Part shown: positions 1-7,084 of the stretch, piece after piece
Numbering within the stretch: position 1 is the first letter of the stretch
How the letters are laid out: every line of letters begins with the position of its first letter
Virus record (IMG/VR): IMGVR_UViG_3300035657_000024
Coordinates: 1 to 43,688 of that record
From: a virus
DNA: 43,688 nucleotides
Direction: 5' to 3' (one strand)
The notes under the pieces: model-generated
What the model saw: the letters and a program-made list of their open reading frames with translations, nothing else
Told to the model about the DNA's origin: nothing
Database searches by the model: none
Translations under genes and position numbers: made by a program

Positions 1-99
1 AAAACGCAGTATCTTACATATAAGTTAAATGCTGGCGCAGAGGATGGAGACACGTTTGGTATCAATTGGGACAAGGTTAAAGCTGTCTCGGGGCAGACG
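1..99. repeat. Exact 99-bp copy of 43590..43688 (contig end overlap, circular closure)
   Basis: Base-by-base reading: aaaacgcagtatcttacat...gtctcggggcagacg is present at both ends. Confidence 0.95.
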
Positions 100-174
100 T
101 ATGGCATCCGCGCAGAACTGAAAGAACGCGGTTTTAAATGGGACGGGAAAACAAAAAAGTGGCGGAAAGAGTAA
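1..174 (+). CDS. 3' part of the junction-spanning gene that starts at 43332 (unique part 100..174, ends ...YGIRAELKERGFKWDGKTKKWRKE*)
   Basis: Frame 1 is open from position 1 and in phase with the ORF running off the end at 43688. TAA stop at 172-174. Confidence 0.65.
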   Translation, partial: KTQYLTYKLNAGAEDGDTFGINWDKVKAVSGQTYGIRAELKERGFKWDGKTKKWRKE

Positions 175-215
175 ATTTTCTGACCAAAGACATACAGAAA
201 AACAACACCGAAAAG

Positions 216-242
216 CAGGGCTCTTATGAGCTCTGTTTTTTT
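216..242 (+). terminator. Rho-independent terminator after the junction-spanning gene
   Basis: 8-bp stem cagggctc/gagctctg (one G.U), loop ttat, followed by T7. Confidence 0.7.
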
Positions 243-266
243 ATCAAAAAAAGTTTCAAATACATG

Positions 267-294
267 TTGACAAAAATCAGAAGTATTATATAAT
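267..294 (+). promoter_or_regulatory. Sigma-70-type promoter of the attP-proximal cassette
   Basis: TTGACA (267-272), 16-nt spacer, TATAAT (289-294). Confidence 0.65.
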
Positions 295-364
295 AAGATA
301 TAAGGAAAACCTAATAAATAATAAGGAGGCGGTAAAAATTTTAACCATCCAGCAAAAAGTAAAC

Positions 365-553
365 ATGGCGTGCTCCGCGGCTGAAATCAGCAAAACGGAA
401 CTTGGAAAGCGAATAGGATTATCACAGTCCGCATTTTCCCAACGTTTAAAAACAGGGAAGTTTTCCGACGAGGACTTCCAAAATATGGCGAAAGCCATAG
501 GGGCAAAATACTATTCTGGTTTTGAATTCCCAGATGGTACAAAAATTGAGTAA
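365..553 (+). CDS. XRE-family helix-turn-helix protein (may start at an in-frame ATT at 338)
   Basis: ...SKTELGKRIGLSQSAFSQRLKTGKFS... is an HTH_XRE-like motif. The ATG at 365 has a poor SD. A strong AAGGAGG at 323-329 lies 8 nt before the in-frame ATT. Confidence 0.7.
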   Translation: MACSAAEISKTELGKRIGLSQSAFSQRLKTGKFSDEDFQNMAKAIGAKYYSGFEFPDGTKIE

Positions 554-583
554 AAACAAGAAAGCAGATAAGGAGAGCTCGAA

Positions 584-862
584 ATGAATGAGACAGTGAA
601 AAAAGCGTACGAAATCGCAAAAGAAACCGGTGATTTTGAAGTTGATTATCTTCCAGAGATTGAAGTTGGAGAAATTGTAGAACTGAACGATGTCTGGGAC
701 GGAGAGGGCGAAGCACCGGATGATGAGGAGTCTGGTTCTTACGGATCATATTCGCACAAAATAACAAATGACCAGTGGATCAACTACGAATTTGATATCG
801 TAGAGAAGAAAGAGAATCCATTGGACACACTTGTGAAAATAACAAAAATTGAGTTGATATAA
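584..862 (+). CDS. Hypothetical small acidic protein (92 aa)
   Basis: ORF with SD aaggaga. Rich in D/E (EAPDDEESGS). Confidence 0.6.
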   Translation: MNETVKKAYEIAKETGDFEVDYLPEIEVGEIVELNDVWDGEGEAPDDEESGSYGSYSHKITNDQWINYEFDIVEKKENPLDTLVKITKIELI

Positions 863-874
863 AGGGGAAATGAT

Positions 875-1705
875 ATGCTGGAAGCCATTGAATATATAGG
901 CGCTGAAAATCTGGAAGATATTGCGCTGAGAGCATATAAACCACGTCCCGGAATTTATATATTTGTTTCTCCGGGCGGGAAAATAATAAGGGAAATCCGC
1001 AACGAAAGGATGATCTATTTTAATACGAAATATCGTATGATGGACTATTATTCATGGATTGTATCCATGCAGAAACCGGTAAAAAGCAAGCTGGTTTTTA
1101 GCAACAATTATTTAACGTTTTTCTGCAGAAACGTACAAAAGTTGACTGATGCGGACATAGACGAATATTTTCAAAAGCTGGAAACGCCGGGAGACCATAT
1201 GTTTTTTGCTGACGTTATAAAAAATAATATTCGCAAAATTAAAAAGGAAGATCAGGATATTGTAAAATTTTTTCTTATGGATTCTCCGGAACTTTATAGA
1301 GAACTCGGGATGAAAGACTGGAGAGAAAAGTCTATAAGTATGCCGCCCAGATCAGGTATGACGAAAGGAAAATGGTTGAAGGAAAAAGAGCGAAAGGGTT
1401 ATCCAATGGGATGCTCTTATAATGCGAAGAAGCCCGGTAATTTAAACCGGATATATCTCGTAAACGAAGAAGAAGGTTTACAGATAAAATTATTTTACGA
1501 CATATTAAAAGGGTTTTTTAATCGCGGGTGCAACATCGCAATTGTCGGGAAAAACATGCTTATACCATTAAAGAGCAAACAAGGGATTGATCGCAGAATA
1601 AAGGGTGCAATGCTTATTTGGTTTACGATGATAAAAGGGCAGATTGTGATAGTAGATATCGACAGGATCGCGAGTTATGATCCAGTTTTAAGGTATAACA
1701 AATAA
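875..1705 (+). CDS. Hypothetical protein (276 aa), AT-rich gene of unknown function
   Basis: ORF with SD aaagggg. Visibly lower GC than the phage backbone. No catalytic motif recognised. Confidence 0.6.
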   Translation: MLEAIEYIGAENLEDIALRAYKPRPGIYIFVSPGGKIIREIRNERMIYFNTKYRMMDYYSWIVSMQKPVKSKLVFSNNYLTFFCRNVQKLTDADIDEYFQKLETPGDHMFFADVIKNNIRKIKKEDQDIVKFFLMDSPELYRELGMKDWREKSISMPPRSGMTKGKWLKEKERKGYPMGCSYNAKKPGNLNRIYLVNEEEGLQIKLFYDILKGFFNRGCNIAIVGKNMLIPLKSKQGIDRRIKGAMLIWFTMIKGQIVIVDIDRIASYDPVLRYNK

Positions 1706-1754
1706 TGCTGAACTGGATCGGCTGGAAAAAGAAAATGAAAAAGGAGAAGAAAAA

Positions 1755-2240
1755 ATGGAAAAATTTAATCATTATGGTGTAGAGGTAATATATCAGGTCA
1801 TCGATGGACCTTTTGAAGAGGTCTTGAAGCAAAACGGAGTGAAATATACCGCACTCCCGTATATTGAGGATATCGTATTTAGATACGAGAAAGACGGGCA
1901 GCGGAGATATGCGTACATCGAAGTAGAAAAACTGCCGGATGATTACGCGGAGCGCGTATATATTACGTCAGAGATTCCGGAGGATTTGAGCTGGAAAGGA
2001 ATCGCAGAGGATTACCGGAATCAGAAATCCGGCGAGAGACCGGCAAAACTACATACGCGGGCATACATGATCTTTTCAGCGGCATACAACGATGCGCTCC
2101 GGAAGATGCCATTTACTTTTGACCTGAACGCTGCACCAGGAAAAAGAGACATTGCATACGCGCTCATAAAGTACTATGTGAGCATAGATGATCTAAAAGA
2201 GATGGATCATCACGATTGCCCGATGATCGATGAATTTTAA
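1755..2240 (+). CDS. Hypothetical protein (161 aa)
   Basis: ORF with SD aaaggaga. Last gene before the terminators and attP. Confidence 0.6.
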   Translation: MEKFNHYGVEVIYQVIDGPFEEVLKQNGVKYTALPYIEDIVFRYEKDGQRRYAYIEVEKLPDDYAERVYITSEIPEDLSWKGIAEDYRNQKSGERPAKLHTRAYMIFSAAYNDALRKMPFTFDLNAAPGKRDIAYALIKYYVSIDDLKEMDHHDCPMIDEF

Positions 2241-2246
2241 AAGTTA

Positions 2247-2278
2247 GGGACAGCCGAAAAGCTGCCCCTTCTTTTTTA
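2247..2278 (+). terminator. Rho-independent terminator
   Basis: Stem gggacagc/gctgcccc (one mismatch), loop cgaaaa, then ttcttttttat. Confidence 0.65.
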
Positions 2279-2370
2279 TCTAACTTTTACTATTTGCTGA
2301 AGCGGAAGAAGCAGTAAAAAACGGAGATTTTGAAAAGTGGCGAATAAAAGAAAACCAGAATAAAGACATA

Positions 2371-2412
2371 AGCTGAGAGGGCAAGCAAAGTCCTCCCAGC
2401 TTTTTATTTTTT
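2371..2412 (+). terminator. Second tandem terminator
   Basis: 10-bp stem agctgagagg/cctcccagct (one mismatch), then tttttatttttt. Confidence 0.6.
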
Positions 2413-2418
2413 GATGAT

Positions 2419-2439
2419 GTATGACACGAAATATGACAC
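2419..2439 (+). repeat. 21-bp direct repeat copy 1 (gtatgacacgaaatatgacac), candidate integrase arm site
   Basis: Identical to 2624..2644. Contains two ATGACAC sub-repeats. Confidence 0.8.
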
Positions 2440-2444
2440 AAAGC

Positions 2445-2475
2445 AAAAAGAACCTTGATCTCTCAAGGTTCTTTT
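2445..2475. terminator. Bidirectional hairpin (A5-stem-T4)
   Basis: agaaccttg/caaggttct 9-bp stem flanked by an A-run and a T-run. Confidence 0.55.
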
Positions 2476-2502
2476 AGTCGGAGTGACAAGACTTGAACTG
2501 GT
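2475..2502 (-). other. tRNA 3'-end-like segment (T-loop plus acceptor 3' strand), candidate attP core
   Basis: Minus strand reads ACCAG-TTCAAGT-CTTGT-CACTCCG-A. It lies between the two 21-bp repeats next to the integrase. Confidence 0.4.
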
Positions 2503-2623
2503 TTGCATAATGCTTTGAAATTCCTTTATTTGCTGGGAATGCTGATTTTAAAGCATTTCTTGTATATATAGTAATATTATTAAAAGTATATATATGTACG
2601 TTAAAATATTAAAATAAACAACA

Positions 2624-2644
2624 GTATGACACGAAATATGACAC
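2624..2644 (+). repeat. 21-bp direct repeat copy 2, abutting the integrase stop codon
   Basis: Identical to 2419..2439. Confidence 0.8.
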
Positions 2645-2646
2645 GC

Positions 2647-3678
2647 TTACAGAGAATTGAACATCGCGTCAAAATGACCGTTGGTCTTATTTGACATCTT
2701 TTCGCGCTGGTCTTCCATCGCATGGCGGTAGACGTTTTTTAATGTCCCATCATTCCCCCAGCCGCCGCGCTCCATAATATAAGCATCTGGAACCCCGATT
2801 GCGTGCATGATAGACGCGCAGTAATGCCGGCAATCGTGGAATCGGAAGTGCGGCACTCCAGCATGCTTTAGGACGTGGTTAAATCGTTGGGTGATCATAT
2901 TCGGGTTGAGTTCCGTCACTCTGCCGTTGCCTTTTGGAATCTGGTCCGTAATAAAGGAGGGAAAATCTATAAAACGGTCTCCAGCATATGATTTTGGGGA
3001 TTTGATAATGTACTTTCTGTTTTCATCTAGAACCATGTTGCGGTGCACATGGACGCGTGTCCCAGCTATATCACTTCGGTCAAGCGCACAGATTTCCCCG
3101 CGCCTCATGGGGCCGAAGGCTGCCAGTAGGATTGGGATTTCCATTTCTGTCCCTTTGGCTGCCTCCATAACCTTTTTTATATCATCATCTGTCGGTACAT
3201 AGAGCTGCGGTCGAATCTTCTGCGGGAGAACGGTGTTCAGTGCAAAATCGGGGCGCGTCTCCCTTAATACGGCACTGATTAGAGCGTGGTTATCCCGGAC
3301 GCTCTTCGGGGAGTGCCCTTCGGTAAACGCATTGACATGCCTCTGGATATCCTCCTGGGTTATGTCATCTATTCGGATATCTTTCAAGTCCTTATAATTT
3401 TTCCTGGCGCGTTTATATTCCCGGACGCTGGAAGGGGACAGCACGACAGACCTTTTTTCGATGTAGGCCTCAAGGGCTGCCTGGAAAGTTAAGGAACGCG
3501 GAGCAGCAGTTTTTTTTGAAACTGCATAAGCAGCGGCGGCAGCCTCAGCCTCTCTCTTTCCTGCGGGCTTTGGATTGTCAGACGTGAATGATTTATAGTG
3601 TTTTTTCCCGTTTTCGTCTGTGTAGTCGTAAACACGGCATCTCCATGATCCAGACGGGAGTTTTTTTGCTGTTGCCAT
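2647..3678 (-). CDS. int: Tyrosine recombinase / phage integrase
   Basis: MATAKKLPSGSWRCRVY N-terminal arm-binding-type domain, RRGEI (Arg I), HDCRH (HxxR) and a NVYRH catalytic Tyr region. SD aggagg before the ATG at 3678. Confidence 0.92.
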   Translation of the reverse strand: MATAKKLPSGSWRCRVYDYTDENGKKHYKSFTSDNPKPAGKREAEAAAAAYAVSKKTAAPRSLTFQAALEAYIEKRSVVLSPSSVREYKRARKNYKDLKDIRIDDITQEDIQRHVNAFTEGHSPKSVRDNHALISAVLRETRPDFALNTVLPQKIRPQLYVPTDDDIKKVMEAAKGTEMEIPILLAAFGPMRRGEICALDRSDIAGTRVHVHRNMVLDENRKYIIKSPKSYAGDRFIDFPSFITDQIPKGNGRVTELNPNMITQRFNHVLKHAGVPHFRFHDCRHYCASIMHAIGVPDAYIMERGGWGNDGTLKNVYRHAMEDQREKMSNKTNGHFDAMFNSL

Positions 3679-3796
3679 AGTTAATCCTCCTTTTAGGTAT
3701 AAAAAATACACCTATGCAGGTGTAGGAGGCTGTGGTATACTTTTCTTGCGAGGGAAAACATACCACCACCTCACGTGCTGTATAGTTTCCTTTATT

Positions 3797-3833
3797 GCCC
3801 CGGTGTTACCAGCATCGGGGCTTTTTATTTTTT
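3797..3833 (+). terminator. Hairpin plus T-run between the integrase and the moron gene (best terminator in the + direction)
   Basis: gccccg/cggggc stem followed by ctttttatttttt. It overlaps the stop of the minus-strand gene 3832..4593. Confidence 0.55.
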
Positions 3834-4593
3834 AATTTGTTATTTCTTCAATATCTATCTGGTATCCAAGGATTTCTCCCATATCTTTACAATATCCTTT
3901 TACTGTGATAGGGTCGCCCTTTTTCATATTCATAATCAGTTCTTTTTGTGTCTCGGAAGTCATGTAACATTGGATTGTTGCCAACGAAAACTGTTCCGAA
4001 TCAATCGAGATATATTTCCCGGAGCTGTCGATTGTGCCTAATGTTCCAGTGATTTGCAGATATTTATCAAGGTAATCATTCTGTGCTTTCATCGCGTTGC
4101 TGTTCAGAGCATCAACGAGGTCATCCGCAGTTACCTCAATATATTCTTTCGGAATGTTAGTTTCCGTTTCGATTGGATCGGCTCCTTCTGATACGTCGCC
4201 ATTTGAATTTTCTTGCACAACTGTGTGCTGTTCTGCATCGTTGTTACCCGATTTCGGAACAAAAAGAGTTATGATCATAATGATTGATATAACAAGTGCG
4301 GCAATCCAAAGCCCCTTCTTGCGCTTTTTGTTTTTATTCTTAACAGCGTCGATTATAATTAAAATAATCGAGATTATGGATAAAGGTGCAAATATTAAAC
4401 TAAAAAGTGAAACAACAAAAGCAGCTATGCTCAACCCTGTGTTTGTTTTTTTTGTGGTATCGCTCGTCTGGAGCTGGTCGTTCAAATTCTGCTGGCTCCC
4501 ATTTAATAAATCGTTTGGCGCTCCGCAGTTTGGACATGTAGCTGCCTTTTCTGAGTATTCTTTCCCGCATTCGGGGCATTTGATAAGTGCCAT
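3832..4593 (-). CDS. Zinc-ribbon / transmembrane / OB-fold (tRNA_anti-like) membrane protein, a lysogeny-module moron
   Basis: MALIKCPECGKEY..CPNCGAP zinc ribbon, two hydrophobic segments, and a C-terminal ...YLQITGTLGTID...ITVKGYC... OB-like domain. SD gaggagg. Confidence 0.75.
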   Translation of the reverse strand: MALIKCPECGKEYSEKAATCPNCGAPNDLLNGSQQNLNDQLQTSDTTKKTNTGLSIAAFVVSLFSLIFAPLSIISIILIIIDAVKNKNKKRKKGLWIAALVISIIMIITLFVPKSGNNDAEQHTVVQENSNGDVSEGADPIETETNIPKEYIEVTADDLVDALNSNAMKAQNDYLDKYLQITGTLGTIDSSGKYISIDSEQFSLATIQCYMTSETQKELIMNMKKGDPITVKGYCKDMGEILGYQIDIEEITN

Positions 4594-4639
4594 TTTCTTA
4601 TCCTCCTCATATGATATTTTGTTTGTTGATCGCCGCAGC

Positions 4640-4667
4640 GATATAACCGTGTGTAACATTCTGTCAA
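4640..4667 (-). promoter_or_regulatory. Sigma-70-type promoter for the membrane moron
   Basis: Minus strand: TTGACA, 16 nt, TATATC. Confidence 0.5.
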
Positions 4668-4736
4668 ACCCTGCGCTGGCTGTCGTTTTTTGCCGCGTAG
4701 GTTCGACGCTTCACCGCGTTTCCCTGTACGCATCTG

Positions 4737-4765
4737 TTGAAATATATATTACCTTGTGTTAATAT
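4737..4765 (+). promoter_or_regulatory. Candidate promoter for the 32-aa micro-ORF
   Basis: TTGAAA, 17 nt (ends tgt), TAATAT. Confidence 0.45.
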
Positions 4766-4802
4766 ATAATCAAACAAATGTTCGTGTTGGGAGGGATGCA
4801 CG

Positions 4803-4901
4803 ATGGACTACAAAAAACTCATTGCCGAAATGGTAAATAATTCAAATGACATTAAAATGCTCGAATTGGTTTACCGTTTCTGCAAAAAGATCTTGCGCTA
4901 G
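4803..4901 (+). CDS. Micro-ORF, 32 aa (MDYKKLIAEMVNNSNDIKMLELVYRFCKKILR)
   Basis: Below the ORF-track cutoff. SD gggaggg, its own promoter-like element, and a stop inside the terminator hairpin. Confidence 0.4.
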   Translation: MDYKKLIAEMVNNSNDIKMLELVYRFCKKILR

Positions 4902-4926
4902 GGGATAACACCCCTAGCCTTTTTTG
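4898..4926. terminator. Hairpin shared by the convergent micro-ORF and repressor
   Basis: ctagggg/cccctag stem, loop ataaca, then T-run. The repressor stop codon lies in the 3' arm. Confidence 0.6.
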
Positions 4927-5288
4927 TGTGACAAACTTTCCGCAAGCTTCTCGAGAACTTCCCATTCAGTATCGTCCAGCTTTGCCAAAGCTTCTATAAG
5001 GCGTGTCCTGAACGAATCTTCTTCCTTTATTAAATCGCCCACGAAGTCAGTTATGATTTGACTTCTTTCTAAAGGCTGAATAATTTCTCCGCGTTCATAT
5101 CTAAGCCATTCTTCATTCACATGAAATTTCTCACTTATATCGTTGATCACGCGTTCCGTAACTGAAATTCTCCCTGATTCTATATTTGCGATATTTGCCC
5201 TGGAAAGACCTAATGGCTCTCCTAATGCTTCTTGCGTTATATGCAATATATCTTTTCTTAAATAACGAATCCGCTCGCCTATATTCAT
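4914..5288 (-). CDS. CI-like XRE-family repressor
   Basis: MNIGERIRYLRKDILHITQEALGEPLGLSRANIANIESGR HTH. Divergent from the early operon. SD aaggagg. Confidence 0.88.
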   Translation of the reverse strand: MNIGERIRYLRKDILHITQEALGEPLGLSRANIANIESGRISVTERVINDISEKFHVNEEWLRYERGEIIQPLERSQIITDFVGDLIKEEDSFRTRLIEALAKLDDTEWEVLEKLAESLSHKKG

Positions 5289-5312
5289 TAAATTCACCTC
5301 CTTGCAAGAGTA

Positions 5313-5341
5313 ATTATATACCATAATGAAACGTTTGTAAA
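5313..5341 (-). promoter_or_regulatory. Repressor promoter (PRM-like)
   Basis: Minus strand: TTTACA, 17 nt, TATAAT. Confidence 0.55.
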
Positions 5342-5400
5342 GCACAAAATTATTCTAAAAATGTATTGACAAGCACATAAAAAACCGTTATAATGTGCTT
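5340..5400. promoter_or_regulatory. Operator candidates: AAGCACA half-sites at 5340, 5371 and inverted at 5394
   Basis: aagcacat...atgtgctt inverted repeat brackets the early promoter spacer and -10. A third copy overlaps the -35 of the repressor promoter. Confidence 0.5.
5366..5394 (+). promoter_or_regulatory. Early lytic promoter (PR-like)
   Basis: TTGACA, 17 nt, TATAAT. Confidence 0.7.
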
Positions 5401-5426
5401 AACAAAACAAACAAGGAGGTTGAGCA

Positions 5427-5609
5427 TTGAGCGAAAAAGAAAAGGACATAATCGTCACGATCGGCAAGGCGCTTCCTAATATGTCCGAAAGAGATAAAGG
5501 ATATTTTCTGGGATACGCCGAAGCGCTGGCAAGCAAAGCAGGCGTGAAAAGGAATGCCAAAGCTTCTGCGAAAAAAGAAAAAGCAGTAAGCGGCGAAGAG
5601 GGGAGGTGA
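5427..5609 (+). CDS. Hypothetical early protein (60 aa, TTG start)
   Basis: SD aaggagg 7 nt upstream of TTG. First gene of the early operon. Confidence 0.55.
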   Translation: MSEKEKDIIVTIGKALPNMSERDKGYFLGYAEALASKAGVKRNAKASAKKEKAVSGEEGR

Positions 5610-5614
5610 GAGGG

Positions 5615-5917
5615 ATGAGTGAGTATTTAAATAGGGAATGTGACCGTGTCCCTAAATTCCGAATGGAAATGACAGGAAGGAGGGGCGTTGAAATCTGGAT
5701 TGACGGAGTAAACATTTCGGACGGCGTTCGCAGCGTTACATTTTCAGCGGAAGGGTGTCTAAAATCCCCTGTATTAAATCTTTCGCTTGACGTTGGAGAT
5801 TTTAATTTCCATCCAGAAAAAGATTTAAAGGGCAAAGATGATAAACCAGCCCTTGCCCTTAATGTTATCACAGAAGAGAATAAGACCGGACAATCCACTG
5901 ACGATTCACTGAAATGA
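5615..5917 (+). CDS. Hypothetical early protein
   Basis: SD ggggaggtg before the ATG at 5615. Confidence 0.55.
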   Translation: MSEYLNRECDRVPKFRMEMTGRRGVEIWIDGVNISDGVRSVTFSAEGCLKSPVLNLSLDVGDFNFHPEKDLKGKDDKPALALNVITEENKTGQSTDDSLK

Positions 5918-6065
5918 ATCCAGCTTGTTCCAGTTCTTTGAGATAACGTTCCAAATATTCTGGAGAAAAACCAAAAGAGCAAAAATCTTCATCGTGGAAG
6001 TGATTATTCTTCTGTTCTCGGTTTTCTCTCATGAAATTTAGAAGTTTTTCAGAATTTATCTGCAT
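5868..6065 (-). CDS. Hypothetical 65-aa protein encoded antisense to the early operon
   Basis: SD aaaggaga. Consensus promoter upstream on the minus strand. 3' end overlaps the + gene by 50 bp. Confidence 0.55.
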   Translation of the reverse strand: MQINSEKLLNFMRENREQKNNHFHDEDFCSFGFSPEYLERYLKELEQAGFISVNRQWIVRSYSLL

Positions 6066-6115
6066 AGAAGTTCTCCTTTCTTTTGTACTCGGCTCTGGCG
6101 GGAGCCTGTGAGTAC

Positions 6116-6144
6116 ATTATAAGGTGGAAGAAAATGGAAATCAA
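6116..6144 (-). promoter_or_regulatory. Sigma-70-type promoter driving the antisense gene
   Basis: Minus strand: TTGATT, 17 nt, TATAAT. Confidence 0.55.
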
Positions 6145-6295
6145 CAAAGGAGGGATTGAGATTAACGAAAGAGAAGACAGCTTTGCAGTAGAGATCATCG
6201 AAGAAGCAAAGCAGGAGACAAAGAGATGGCGCATAGCGTGGGAAATCACGATGGCCGCGCTGATTTTATCAAATCTATATTGGATGTGGAGGTGA
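6134..6295 (+). CDS. Small membrane protein
   Basis: SD aaggtgg. C-terminal hydrophobic segment WEITMAALILSNLYWMW. Confidence 0.5.
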   Translation: MEINKGGIEINEREDSFAVEIIEEAKQETKRWRIAWEITMAALILSNLYWMWR

Positions 6296-6300
6296 AAGAG

Positions 6301-6552
6301 ATGCCGAAAACAAAAGCACTTGGGGTGTATGCGGATCGCAAAGAAGCCGTCCGGCGCGTCATCAATGTCGGACTGGCACGCAGCGGGCTGACAGGGAAAG
6401 ACCTTGACCGCCGGAACATAATAAACAGAAACACCCTCGTAAAGCGGAAAGCAGAGGGCGAAACAATCCGGTTGGGAGAGATCTGGGCGCTTGACAGAGT
6501 GTTACATTTTACAGATGACGAGATTTTACAGATGTTCGGGAGAGGAGAGTAA
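6301..6552 (+). CDS. Hypothetical protein, possible DNA-binding
   Basis: SD ggaggtg. Basic helix-rich sequence. Confidence 0.5.
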   Translation: MPKTKALGVYADRKEAVRRVINVGLARSGLTGKDLDRRNIINRNTLVKRKAEGETIRLGEIWALDRVLHFTDDEILQMFGRGE

Positions 6553-6564
6553 GGTGGACAAGCT

Positions 6565-6732
6565 ATGGAAGATTTAATGCTCGGAATTGGGACAAACTGC
6601 CTTACAGCGGCATTGATCCTGTGGGAGACAACAGACCTGCAGTGGTTCCCGGTGACGCTGGCGGTTACTGCAGCGGCGGCGTTTCTGATCGGCGCGCGGG
6701 AAATGGTCAAAAAAAATGATGCAGAGCTGTAA
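6565..6732 (+). CDS. Small membrane protein (55 aa, below the track cutoff)
   Basis: SD aaggtgg. Two hydrophobic segments. Confidence 0.45.
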   Translation: MEDLMLGIGTNCLTAALILWETTDLQWFPVTLAVTAAAAFLIGAREMVKKNDAEL

Positions 6733-6810
6733 TCTTGGGGGACTGGCTCTGCATCGGATGATCTTTTGTGGAGATCATCTTTATTATAAGACAAGAATGG
6801 AGAGAATGCA

Positions 6811-7083
6811 ATGATTTTATCAGAAGATGGCAAAGTGAGAATTATGGGGACGGGGTTGAACGTCCTTAGAGATTTTGCAGTAGCGTCTGCGTCGGTAACG
6901 AAAAGCCTATTAGATGCTGGGGTATCGTATGAAGATGCGAAGAGTATCATGAAAAAAACGCTTTACGTTGGCATGATAGAAGCACGTATGAAAAAAAATG
7001 AAACGATACCAGAGATGGAAGAGATGAATAAGGCCGTGAATGAGTTTTTTGATAAATTCCGCGACATGTGGAAGGATGAGTAA
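6811..7083 (+). CDS. Hypothetical protein
   Basis: ORF with SD ggagag. Confidence 0.55.
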   Translation: MILSEDGKVRIMGTGLNVLRDFAVASASVTKSLLDAGVSYEDAKSIMKKTLYVGMIEARMKKNETIPEMEEMNKAVNEFFDKFRDMWKDE

Positions 7084-7084
7084 C

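Noticed and set aside
1-99. 99-bp terminal repeat as a biological direct terminal repeat or LTR
   Set aside because: Exact identity at the contig extremities, with an ORF running in phase across them, fits an assembly overlap of a circular or permuted genome better. This cannot be settled without reads.
2281-2370. Possible small ORFs or an sRNA between the two tandem terminators
   Set aside because: Only 7-8 codon ORFs are present, with no SD and no promoter-like element. The evidence is insufficient.
2386-2397. 12-bp match caaagtcctccc shared with 43179..43190
   Set aside because: Dozens of 12-mer matches are expected by chance in a 43.7-kb sequence, and the identity does not extend into the flanks.
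4097-4762. 221-aa + strand ORF opposite the zinc-ribbon membrane gene
   Set aside because: It is a shadow frame of a minus-strand gene that has a clear SD, promoter and domain structure.
6246-6950. 234-aa minus-strand ORF in the early region
   Set aside because: It spans three + strand genes that have good SDs. It has Ser/Pro/Ala-rich shadow composition and no promoter or SD, unlike the accepted antisense gene at 5868..6065.
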